Source: a virus (taxonomy: Duplodnaviria; Caudoviricetes). Taken from it: a stretch of DNA of 48,296 bases. Below, in pieces: positions 40,001 to 46,007 of the stretch (its first letter is position 1; each line of letters starts with the position of its first letter). The position numbers and the translations under genes are program-made. The DNA lies in the IMG/VR virus record IMGVR_UViG_3300030708_000704, positions 1 through 48,296 of that record; one strand, written 5' to 3'. The notes beneath the pieces were generated by a model. It was given only the letters and a program-made list of their open reading frames with translations. It did no database searches and was not told the origin of the DNA.

Positions 40001-41755
40001 AAACTATATGATGTTAATGACCAGGCAGTTGGTGATTTCACAATCGATAATGAAATCACTAATGATGATACCAATGATAACTTCAATGACTACACTATTC
40101 TAATTGGTAGACTAACATCTGGTAACTTTAACACAGCAGTAAGAATTGGTACGGCAACAATTAATGTTCCTTTCCAAGACTTCACGATTGAAGATAGCAA
40201 TACGATTGATGTTGCTAATTTGAATAGCAATGGCGCGAACGCAGAATTGACACTTGGAAGAGGAGACAATGTTGCATCTACTCCTGCTATCTTCTTCAAA
40301 TCTTCTGCACTTTCTGCAACAAATTATAATGTTGCCATGTTTGCATCTGGTGGTGATGCAACTGATGGTTCTGGTACTTTAGAGGTTACTGTTGCAAACT
40401 TTGATGGTGTTACTATCAACGGCAGTAAGATTTGGAACGCTGGTAATATTACATTCCAGACCACAAGCATTGGAAATACTGCGGTTCTCCGTGATGCATC
40501 TGGCAATTTCTCTGCTGGAACAATCACTGCTGACTTAACTGGTGCTGCATCGCTTAATGTCCTGAAGTCAGGCGATACCATGACTGGTTCGCTAAACCTA
40601 ACAGGAACTGGTTCAAATCTAACCGTTGCTGGTATTGGTAACTTCAACCAGTCCTTGAATGTAGTCGATGATCTAACAGTTGATTCTGCTAACAGTCTAT
40701 TCAAGGTAGACACAACGAACCTAAGAGTTGGTATCAAGAATACTTCCCCAGTATCTACATTCCATGTAGACGGTGACGGTAAAGTAACATTAGAGGGAAC
40801 CAATCCAGAAATTCAATTCTGGAGATCTTCTGATGATGAAAATATTATTCACCTAGAATATGATGTTGCTGCATCTACATTCTATACATGGGCAAGAAAC
40901 AAAGACATCAACTTCTCCACAACTGATACAGGTGGAAAGACAGAGAATCATCTACACATCAATGCTAGTGATGGTAAAGTTGGTATTCGCACGCAGTCTG
41001 CAAATGTTAGTGCATTAGGTCAAGTTCCAGATTTACAGGTTGCAGGATTGTTCCATGCTACTGGATCTCTTGTTACTGGTCCTGTTGCTAATAATGTAAA
41101 TGCTCCTGCTTCAGTTACATTCCTTGGTGGTGCAACTGGTGGATCTGGTGGTAGAAACTTTAGAATTGGTGCTGGTCTAGCAGAGGGACCTGGAATTTTT
41201 GAAATTACTCCTTCTTATAGCAATGGTTCTTCTAACTGGAAGAATGCTCTAGTTTCTCCACCACCTGAAGCACCTGCACTTGTTATCAGAGGTACAGATA
41301 ATGCTGTTGCAATCAACACCAGTGATTTTGGTGGAACAGATACAACAGTAACACCAAATGTCAACAGAACATATGCACTGAATCTACAAGGCGATTTCAA
41401 CATCAATGGTCTTGTATTCCAGAACAATGCTGAGTTCGTTACTTCCAGATGGACTGAATCTCCTAACCAGACTGATATTTACAGAGATACTAAAGTTGGT
41501 ATCAACTTCCAGACTGATAGAGATCCAGCATATGAACTAGAAGTCGAAGGTGGAATTGGAATGACGGGTCTGTTGTATGTCAACAATGACCCACTGTGGT
41601 TGGATACATATGGCATCATCAAAGTCAACAGACAGTTGCTCGATGAGGATGTTACTATCCCAGCAAACACCAACGCATCTAGTGCTGGTCCACTGGAGAT
41701 AAATACGAATAGGACAATCACAATTACTGCAGGATCTACCTGGACAATTTCTTAA
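31058..41755 (+). CDS. Giant tail fibre-like protein with beta-helix, helical repeats and nested beta modules
   Basis: KIATTEYV; beta-helix cap GRIYVS..GSDLNDG..PVRTIKKA; two GLDADxxD fibre motifs (about 39330 and 39765); (R/K)VGI fibre repeats; C-terminal SAGPLEI...GSTWTIS. Confidence 0.82.
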   Translation: MSFHINSDKEKIRGANPKLIGDNEVTIRVGTGSNEREILRSQLDGATQLPRVGINRTGQRVNNINILTGGSGYTSAPNVVIDPPPAGGVQATGSAFIFNGRVVSIAVNNPGNGYSVAPTVTITDGGGQGASAEAFLDTVDFELDINGAIRTSTSIISDTARILNLDIDNFITPDANFRAPNLKTFANNTGTPWAASVIVQKDAYRYFGNNIYQAINAGQTGPNGPEHLDGIELNGEVQFKHIGFRVVDSNNYKYNETGESGVFPRSITPLLGDRSDKIATTEYVLNLATNDVGGRIYVSSQIGSDLNDGRSAVNPVRTIKKAAQLAWATPGVKETLIVSGGDYVEDNPISLPPDASVVGDNLRLVIIRPANPKKHIFKFGDKNYVTGVTYRDQIDSNGDPVATWDFAMVFDDKQRILIDYEANGDFGVNFPIGHQIFGPDEFNVVFQQNTGLQQLVSGRLVKGLNTGARARVLGVEFDATTGNSAFINGKADVRLISGSFLQGEQFEYLTSASTTGTTYSSLTSATTTSGENQLLFTTNPTNDFNAGAYVRLTASSATASGQIISGDYEVVSIGATSPYEVTFAPILGTTGWNSDGETVTITQGEEITVQAETFDSSEINSIRAEGEVVSVDEDVTTTLPISRIDFSLQGDPSIATGGFQSAQFGNAEDLGGIVFYTSALVGRQNTHDFKEGQEILIEGLPTSGPDLSYLNGKQRIYKVLEDADGRSRRFVIPKKVPGTNDANFQPGSTAVVKSFTRSVTLSLLNSPNTFPIATAVDRRFQDACTFLRNNREFIADEVVGRINDEFKTDYYSVYNIGGQATAQYTPTNVTYDPATGDAVFTVNNHGLSVGDGVRIADQSIVFTCTMDGNKTEHALPDTDQYASGKSLPITAATTNTFTLNVGASGPDQVFTPSGADYNPATGALELTIGAHTLSVGEGIIIADNSLSFTCTMDNNQSVKQYPRPGIDPYAGRSMPITAVSATTITVNAGISGPNKQFTPTNATYDPVTGDMTVTVGQHGLGVGRGVTLADNSFTFTCALDNNQTTHTYPRPGVDPYNGQQSIAITAVGSTQHTATDAPYDAATGIVTLTVANHGFSNGDYVKIADGSLTYTCDLDGNVAQKSYPRAGYDYPSGRWLEISNVTTNTFDINVGPSSYTGTHTFVSAAANGIDRQDGTFTINVGTSSDTSAHTFVSATANAISHSPQSTHTFVGATGGAVQHLPQSAHTFVRSDANSLSVGGSSFDIYLGPLDHANTYVSGGTVKYDGTTVNVTNFVYDTAVTGVATVTTDVALPGLAEDNTVQLADLLISCDSGQKKYPAYSSPTVTNTGTNGDEQCRQDVTHFINAVIRDLEFGSNYNVIDAAKKYIVDGKIAYVEDEIIQITRAIEYAREICTYAIRNWRTGLGTPGEPIYAPQYSSITRYFDDTVITSTAGSPACANVVAALDTLAFLWIDVLTNNASGTYLDAAYLIARNADLIADQAYLNTKTQYPSLGLDDINERKCRRDIKYILEGLIRDLVLGGNHGIVSNAEFYFTGTALTGIPEAQRDETIYAYQQVKDLAIQAMRNWTDGTAIDVTPSGATYNASSGQVTVTFPDPSTPLTTSDRIAFTEDALTFSCNTGSGAQNHASPNRFDSNFGQSYAITNVVSSGGNTTVTCTVPDAGSASGVAHTFVSAKTDGTILIYDPVTLTSPIPKFEDWNILLYSPTPLCANVASSITTSMDLLEDILDGTILPGATTQTYGTLYDTNTIRQEADSVITDFNNVKVTVRADYDDYPIIEASPYTQNASVISFLGGGGAEIDGNKVKQPNCPFPGLELDGTASFPNQGKSMVAAAFTIVSFGGTGYKVINDGYTQLVSVFVIFCQDGVLCESGGYASITNSATNFGTYALRGTGFRKDAYTFDAGTGDPVAGTYTRATVSQVTSTPTGRTKLRITNLGREPLEHYIIKFDDFENTNPDIEYFIDAIEEVTVGPPFSALLTLDDGTGSPMDLTDKSTGQAVATSVLLGEEIALHRPSIVNSSSHTWEFAGSGNDYNSLPENGGVKIEANEQVSENYGRVYVSGTDELGDFKVGTFARIENRTGNITFTGTVTISEVEFLKLKGGDVVVTGFDNSNTLGGANATDSKLPTQKAVRDYITNNLGPYINKPYSTNAVPRALVELTDSGKISVDQIPALRPFSVFTVADENERLALEGALAGDIAIQQGLAPLGFTSSNINTTTDQITILNHGLTTSKLITYKQGNGATAPTPLNDSQDYYAIVVDSNTIKLAASVVDANANTAIDITNAGSGSHTLEPEGSTQTFILNNDVDSLFLGFAVDPNLSFTIGDVFAGSITTGRIQATEYRTGVVYQINLTDGGSGYTSAPTVTITGGNPGAGYVEAKATCTIANGEVVTVTIIDFNGFKGGKGYTTQPSVQFSAPPGSGTTAQGNALLESRLYGDIVNNIKIEDTDTIDDSNAAPNTNTVNLTRVVNTSSFDAANWVSLSSNQIAASDITSGVIETDRLALGGSANSFTFLRGDSNFALAVQSLKGAETRYFAKLNSQAAQGASQFVFQSNSDALIGHEVVASVTGIQANTNITGVLTVGGLTTVSFNNPLTATIPIGTIIEFERGASPLSFESTYTQGNFVDEVIIANAGTGFTNGQYFDVALLGGAGTGLKANIVVSGNAVTEITVTDGGTGYNTDFTVSSAPAAIGSGSNLVLEAKISTVNRQYANVSMDVQRVTDLTISADLFGTVGVARFRKSQFNVGQEGNGSVTLKTGPDSGLDADLLDGQQGAYYTSATNLFSGTVPSDRLAGSYNISISGSSTNTIRLASGTNNPTSNPTPDTFVTGVVSNTVFNTAIGLNDGGTKTMVLTFRPAGSGFTFDGGVKQLAFTDNDNMYLRGSGSGVLTFGSWAKVWTSLNDGVGSGLDADRFDNRQGLWYQNALNINYGTLSATRLPGYLEETAIRDTITLKSFNGDPKYRVYVSGLVLDTSPTGTFAPSNAVKLYDVNDQAVGDFTIDNEITNDDTNDNFNDYTILIGRLTSGNFNTAVRIGTATINVPFQDFTIEDSNTIDVANLNSNGANAELTLGRGDNVASTPAIFFKSSALSATNYNVAMFASGGDATDGSGTLEVTVANFDGVTINGSKIWNAGNITFQTTSIGNTAVLRDASGNFSAGTITADLTGAASLNVLKSGDTMTGSLNLTGTGSNLTVAGIGNFNQSLNVVDDLTVDSANSLFKVDTTNLRVGIKNTSPVSTFHVDGDGKVTLEGTNPEIQFWRSSDDENIIHLEYDVAASTFYTWARNKDINFSTTDTGGKTENHLHINASDGKVGIRTQSANVSALGQVPDLQVAGLFHATGSLVTGPVANNVNAPASVTFLGGATGGSGGRNFRIGAGLAEGPGIFEITPSYSNGSSNWKNALVSPPPEAPALVIRGTDNAVAINTSDFGGTDTTVTPNVNRTYALNLQGDFNINGLVFQNNAEFVTSRWTESPNQTDIYRDTKVGINFQTDRDPAYELEVEGGIGMTGLLYVNNDPLWLDTYGIIKVNRQLLDEDVTIPANTNASSAGPLEINTNRTITITAGSTWTIS

Positions 41756-41756
41756 A

Positions 41757-42614
41757 ATGGCAGACACTTCTAAACTGACCGTGGGAACGGTCCAAGCTCT
41801 ATCTGGTAATCAGTTAGCAGTTAAAATTCCAGTAGTTACAGGAGGAGACCCAGACCCATCATTGGGTGCTGGGCAACTCGCTTATGTTGATGGTGCTATT
41901 AGAGTTTACACTGGAAATGCATGGCAAGGTATTGACGAGGGTGTAAAACCAGTTACTAATGGATTGCTATTTTGGGTTGATGCTAGTAATACCTCTTCAT
42001 ACCCTGGAAGTGGTACTTCTTGGTTTAACTTAGCATCTTCAGAACCTTCTTCAATTGGTGATTTAAGTCTTCCATCTGGATATACATTTCTTCCAGATGG
42101 TGGTGGTTGTTTCCAATTTAATGGCAACCAAGCATCCAGTGCAAACTATAGTGCGGGATCAAATGGCATGACGATGGAAGTTGTTATGTATAACACCAAT
42201 AGTGATTCTACATCATCATATGGTCGTATTATTGACTGGAATGATACTACCATGAGTTTAGGATCTTATGCTAGCAAGCAATTTAGGTGTTGGGTAAATG
42301 CTGGTGGTGGTAGAATGTCTGGTGAATTCTCTGTAAACTCTTCTGCAACGGGATTCTTTGATAAGTGGAATCACGCTGTTATGACTTATAATGGATCGGA
42401 AGTTGTAGGATATTGGAATGGTGGTCAACAATTCCAAGTTGGTAAAACAGGCAACATGGAATCTGGAAATTCTTCATTTACTATTGGTAATGGTGATAGT
42501 AATCCTTGGTATGGAAAAATTGCAGTTGTTCGTGTTTACAACAGAGGACTAACACAAGCAGAAGTGTCCCAGAACTACAATTCACTCAAGACTAAGTATA
42601 ATCTAGGTCTATAA
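41757..42614 (+). CDS. LamG/concanavalin A-like lectin domain protein (putative fibre accessory)
   Basis: GLLFWVDASNTSSYPGSGTSWFNL...WNHAVMTYNG..GYWNG...GKIAVVRVYNRGLTQAEVSQNYN is the typical phage LamG pattern. Confidence 0.85.
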   Translation: MADTSKLTVGTVQALSGNQLAVKIPVVTGGDPDPSLGAGQLAYVDGAIRVYTGNAWQGIDEGVKPVTNGLLFWVDASNTSSYPGSGTSWFNLASSEPSSIGDLSLPSGYTFLPDGGGCFQFNGNQASSANYSAGSNGMTMEVVMYNTNSDSTSSYGRIIDWNDTTMSLGSYASKQFRCWVNAGGGRMSGEFSVNSSATGFFDKWNHAVMTYNGSEVVGYWNGGQQFQVGKTGNMESGNSSFTIGNGDSNPWYGKIAVVRVYNRGLTQAEVSQNYNSLKTKYNLGL

Positions 42615-42617
42615 ATA
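42610..42617 (+). promoter_or_regulatory. T4-like late promoter TATAAATA
   Basis: Perfect consensus overlapping the TAA stop of the LamG gene. Confidence 0.75.
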
Positions 42618-42649
42618 AATACTAATAGGAACATCCATCATTTATTGAT

Positions 42650-43753
42650 ATGTCAACACTTAATGTAAATGCATTAAACATTACTGAGAAGTTAAAACTT
42701 CCCAACTATACTACAACTCAGAGAGATGCATTGACTCCAGAGGTTGGTTTGTTGATTTACAACACCACTGAAGAAACTGTAGAGATTTACAATGGAACTG
42801 AGTGGGGTGCTGCAACAGGTAAACCGTTGCAACAGTTTAGTAAAACATTTAACTATACTGGACAAGTACAAACATTTGTTTTACCACAAGAAACTGTAGA
42901 AGTAACCGCATATGTTTGGGGTCCTGGTGGTGGTTCTGAAGGAGATACCAATACTAGAGGTGGTGCAGGAGGATTTACTGCTGGAACTATCAACACTAGT
43001 AATGGCGGCACTTTAAAGATTGTTGTTGGTGGTGGAGGTGCTCCTGGTACTCAGAACAATGGTTCTGGTGGTGGATACTCTGGCATATTTACCAATTCTT
43101 GGGGCGGTACTAATGCTGGTACTGACCATGCTGCAGCAATTTTAGTTGCTGGTGGTGGCGGTGGTGCTGGTAACTCTTCCACTGGTAGCAACCACGGTGG
43201 TGGTGCTGGTGGTGGTCTCAGTGGACAGAAAGGCAATCCATCTGGTTCTGGTGGAAACCCTGGAACACAAACAGGTGGTGGTTCATATTCTCAAACAGGT
43301 GGTGGATCTTGCACAGGTGGTACACAGTGCAGTGGTAACACTTTACGCGGTGGCGTTGCATGTGGTGGTGCTCAGACTGGTGCAGGTGTTGGTTGGCCAG
43401 GAAGAATTTATGGTGGAAACTGGGGATCTGCTGCTGGTGGTAACGGATGTAATGCTGGTGGCGGTGGCGCTGGTTACTACGGTGGTGCTGGTGGCGGTGG
43501 AAGTCCCAACGGCGGAAATGGTGGTGGAGGATCAGGTTATGTAGGAGGTCACCCATCATATCCAGTATCCAATGCAAACTCTTATACTGGAAACGGACAG
43601 ACTCCACCATCAGAAGCAACAGGTAATAGTTTTTATTCCTCTGGTGTTAGTCAAGGTGGTACATATAACCAGAATGTAGGTAATAATGGAAACCATGTTG
43701 GTGGACATGGAATGGTTGTAATCGTATACGAAGCAGAACAAGCAGTGAACTAA
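42650..43753 (+). CDS. Glycine-rich (polyglycine) protein, putative adhesin/receptor-binding protein
   Basis: FNYTGQVQTF..VWGPGGG, ILVAGGGGG, GGGGAGYYGG and GGGGSGY are characteristic of ALK/LTK-type glycine-rich domains. N-terminal fibre-like YTTTQRDAL...GLLIYNTT..YNGTEW. Confidence 0.78.
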   Translation: MSTLNVNALNITEKLKLPNYTTTQRDALTPEVGLLIYNTTEETVEIYNGTEWGAATGKPLQQFSKTFNYTGQVQTFVLPQETVEVTAYVWGPGGGSEGDTNTRGGAGGFTAGTINTSNGGTLKIVVGGGGAPGTQNNGSGGGYSGIFTNSWGGTNAGTDHAAAILVAGGGGGAGNSSTGSNHGGGAGGGLSGQKGNPSGSGGNPGTQTGGGSYSQTGGGSCTGGTQCSGNTLRGGVACGGAQTGAGVGWPGRIYGGNWGSAAGGNGCNAGGGGAGYYGGAGGGGSPNGGNGGGGSGYVGGHPSYPVSNANSYTGNGQTPPSEATGNSFYSSGVSQGGTYNQNVGNNGNHVGGHGMVVIVYEAEQAVN

Positions 43754-43763
43754 GGAGATTATT

Positions 43764-44090
43764 ATGCCTAATGATGGCGACCGTGAGGTCATTGACGGTG
43801 AAGAAACTGGTCTAGTATGGTCATCGAAAGATGAGGAATATCAGTATCCAGATCTATACGAAAACCCAGAAAAATACCACAATCTAGAAACTCTCTATCC
43901 AGAGAGGTTTAGAGAACTTAGTGCAGATCCACCAGTAGATGGAGAGCCTGAGTATATTGATGGTATTGAGACTGGATTAGTATGGTCATCTAGAGATCAA
44001 GAATACCAGTATCCAGATCTTGACAATAACTTAGAAAAGTATCATAATGATGAAGAACTGGAGCGTATCGTAAATGAGAAAAGAGGGTGA
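43764..44090 (+). CDS. Acidic hypothetical protein with two internal repeats
   Basis: Strong RBS AAGGAG; two copies of DG..E.IDG.ETGLVWSS.D.EYQYPDL...EKYHN. Confidence 0.75.
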   Translation: MPNDGDREVIDGEETGLVWSSKDEEYQYPDLYENPEKYHNLETLYPERFRELSADPPVDGEPEYIDGIETGLVWSSRDQEYQYPDLDNNLEKYHNDEELERIVNEKRG

Positions 44091-44169
44091 TCCAGAATAT
44101 ATCAATGGTAAAAAAACTGGTTTAGTGTGGTCGGAAAAATATCAAGATTTTATCTATCCAAATCTTGAT
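43773..44169 (+). repeat. Three diverged tandem repeats spanning two ORFs
   Basis: Copies at 43773-43883, 43938-44048 and about 44083-44169, sharing actggt(c/t)tagt(a/g)tggtc-like cores and tatcca(g/a)atct at DNA level. Confidence 0.85.
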
Positions 44170-44367
44170 CAAATTAAAATTGATCTAGAACCACAGGCAG
44201 TAAAGAATATACAAATTTGCTATACATGCGAACACTGGATTAAGAACCAGAGAAGGTGTGATGTTTGTGGATGTTTTATGGATGTAAAACATGTTGTAAA
44301 TAGAATGCTAAATGAGATTAGAGGTGTTAAAGATGAAGTAAACACTTGCCCTCTAGGTAAATGGTAA
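44074..44367 (+). CDS. Cys-rich small protein (CxxC...CxxCGC...CPLGKW) with one N-terminal repeat
   Basis: CYTC, CDVCGCF and CPLGKW suggest metal binding; the N-terminus EGDPEYINGKKTGLVWSE matches the repeat of the upstream ORF. Confidence 0.75.
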   Translation: MRKEGDPEYINGKKTGLVWSEKYQDFIYPNLDQIKIDLEPQAVKNIQICYTCEHWIKNQRRCDVCGCFMDVKHVVNRMLNEIRGVKDEVNTCPLGKW

Positions 44368-44933
44368 TGGAAATACTACCATTTTTTACTACACCTGTTT
44401 GGGTTGGTAGTCTCGGATTAGACTTGAAAAAAATAACAAAATCATGTAGAGAGTTTTCATCTAAAGTAGAAACATTAAAAGTTTCAAATGTTGGTGGATA
44501 TCAGGGGCATGACTTTGATAATCAGGATTTTATTAATGCTGTGGTGTCCAATATCCCAAGACTAGAAAATAAACCTCTGAGTAACGAGAGAGTTTATTCT
44601 TGGGTAAACATTAACAAGAAAGGAGATTATAATAATAGGCATACACATTTAGACACAGAGATATTTTTGTCTGGAATTTACTATGTGAAAGTTCCCGAAA
44701 ATCCTGGCAATGTTAGATTCTATGATCCACGAGGTTGTTTAATACAATCAATGCGTGAGCATGATTACTATAATAATGGTTATGCATATCATTTCTTAGA
44801 ACCTCAAGAAGATATGATTGTGTTCTTTCCGTCATGGTTAGAACACGATGTAGAACCAAATGAAAGTAATCAAGATAGAATTAGTATTGCTTTCAATGTC
44901 TATGCAGATTTTGAAAAGAAGAACCCAATATAA
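44361..44933 (+). CDS. 2OG-Fe(II) oxygenase (TIGR02466-like)
   Basis: SNVGGYQ, SWVNIN, HTH, LSGIYYV, DPR and FFPSWLEHDVEPN..RISIAFN. The start may be the ATG at 44367. Confidence 0.87.
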   Translation: MVMEILPFFTTPVWVGSLGLDLKKITKSCREFSSKVETLKVSNVGGYQGHDFDNQDFINAVVSNIPRLENKPLSNERVYSWVNINKKGDYNNRHTHLDTEIFLSGIYYVKVPENPGNVRFYDPRGCLIQSMREHDYYNNGYAYHFLEPQEDMIVFFPSWLEHDVEPNESNQDRISIAFNVYADFEKKNPI

Positions 44934-44936
44934 ATA
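44929..44936 (+). promoter_or_regulatory. T4-like late promoter TATAAATA
   Basis: Perfect consensus overlapping the oxygenase stop codon. Confidence 0.75.
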
Positions 44937-44954
44937 CAGTACACATCATTTTAT

Positions 44955-45155
44955 TTGATAACCATGGATGCAGAAACTCTAAAGAAAAACTTTGAGGAGC
45001 AAATTGCTAATACCGTTAAGCAAATCACGGAACTGGAAGAGAACCTCGTCAAAGCAAAAGAATACAGAATTAAACTAGAAGGTGGTCTAGAGACTCTTAG
45101 ACTCCTAGAAGATCCTGAAGGACCAGCACCTACCCCAGAAACTCCAGCTGAATAA
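44955..45155 (+). CDS. Small coiled-coil hypothetical protein
   Basis: Heptad pattern ending KLEGGLETL. The real start is probably the ATG at 44964 (MDAETLKKNF). Confidence 0.7.
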   Translation: MITMDAETLKKNFEEQIANTVKQITELEENLVKAKEYRIKLEGGLETLRLLEDPEGPAPTPETPAE

Positions 45156-45160
45156 ATACT

Positions 45161-45198
45161 AAATCCCTTCTTACTAAATAGGTATGAAGGGATTTTTT
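45161..45198 (+). terminator. Hairpin terminator with a late-promoter-like motif in its loop
   Basis: AAATCCCTTC (45161-70) pairs with GAAGGGATTT (45186-95) and runs into a T tract. The loop contains ACTAAATA (45173-80). Confidence 0.7.
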
Positions 45199-45205
45199 GT
45201 GTGTA

Positions 45206-46006
45206 ATGGCATCTCCAAGTTCAAGAGCTGAACTCATCACTTATTGCAAGAGGCAACTTGGTGAACCTGTCTTGCAAGTTAACATTGACGATGAGCAAGT
45301 TAACAATGTTATTGATGACACTTTCCAGTTCTTTCAAGAGAACTGTTACAACGGTATGGAGCGTGCCTATCTGTTCCACGAAATCACTGCTGACGATAAG
45401 ACAAGGTTTGCTGCTAGTGTAACAACTACAGAAGGAACAACAGACTGGAAAGAAACTACTAACTACATTCCAATCCCTGATCATGTAGTTGGTATTACTA
45501 GAGTCTTTGGTCTTGTTAGCAATTCAATCCGTTCCAATCTCTTTGGTGTTGAATATCAATTGTATCTAAATGATCTTTATGCGTTTGGATCACTTGATAT
45601 CCTCAACTATTATATGAACAAGCAATATCTAGAAACTCTAGATATGGTTCTTAATAATGGTTCATTCCAGCAGTTTAGATTTACTGCACGCCGCGACCGT
45701 TTGTACTTAGATATCGATAAAGACTTCCTCAAAGAAGGAACCAATATTCTTATTGAATGTCATCGTCTTGTCGATCCTACAGACGCTACAGAAATGAACA
45801 ATGATATGTTTGTCAAGAAGTATGCTACTGCTTTGATGAAAAGGCAGTGGGGTCAAAACTTGATTAAGTATAACAATGTTCAATTACCTGGCGGTATCAC
45901 TCTCAATGGTAGAGAAATCTACACAGACGCACTAGCAGAAATTGAGAAAATCGAAAGCGAAATTCTCAGCAAGTATGCTATCCCACCAATGGATATGATC
46001 GGATAA
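45206..46006 (+). CDS. gp13: Neck protein gp13
   Basis: ELITYCKRQLGEPVLQVNID..Q, YATALMKRQWGQNLIKY, QLPGGITLNG and PPMDMIG. Start placed at ATG 45206 (MASPSS). Confidence 0.93.
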   Translation: MASPSSRAELITYCKRQLGEPVLQVNIDDEQVNNVIDDTFQFFQENCYNGMERAYLFHEITADDKTRFAASVTTTEGTTDWKETTNYIPIPDHVVGITRVFGLVSNSIRSNLFGVEYQLYLNDLYAFGSLDILNYYMNKQYLETLDMVLNNGSFQQFRFTARRDRLYLDIDKDFLKEGTNILIECHRLVDPTDATEMNNDMFVKKYATALMKRQWGQNLIKYNNVQLPGGITLNGREIYTDALAEIEKIESEILSKYAIPPMDMIG

Positions 46007-46007
46007 G

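Noticed and set aside
4035-41755. Inteins, introns or homing endonucleases as the cause of the very large ORFs
   Set aside because: No intein splice motifs, LAGLIDADG/HNH/GIY-YIG signatures or reading-frame interruptions were seen. Size is explained by repeated structural modules.
42920-43545. Higher-GC, GGT-rich stretch as foreign DNA or microsatellite
   Set aside because: Explained by glycine codons of the polyglycine protein.
45197-45205. ORF-track N-terminus MCV for gp13
   Set aside because: The TTG falls in the terminator T tract; the ATG at 45206 gives a typical gp13 start.
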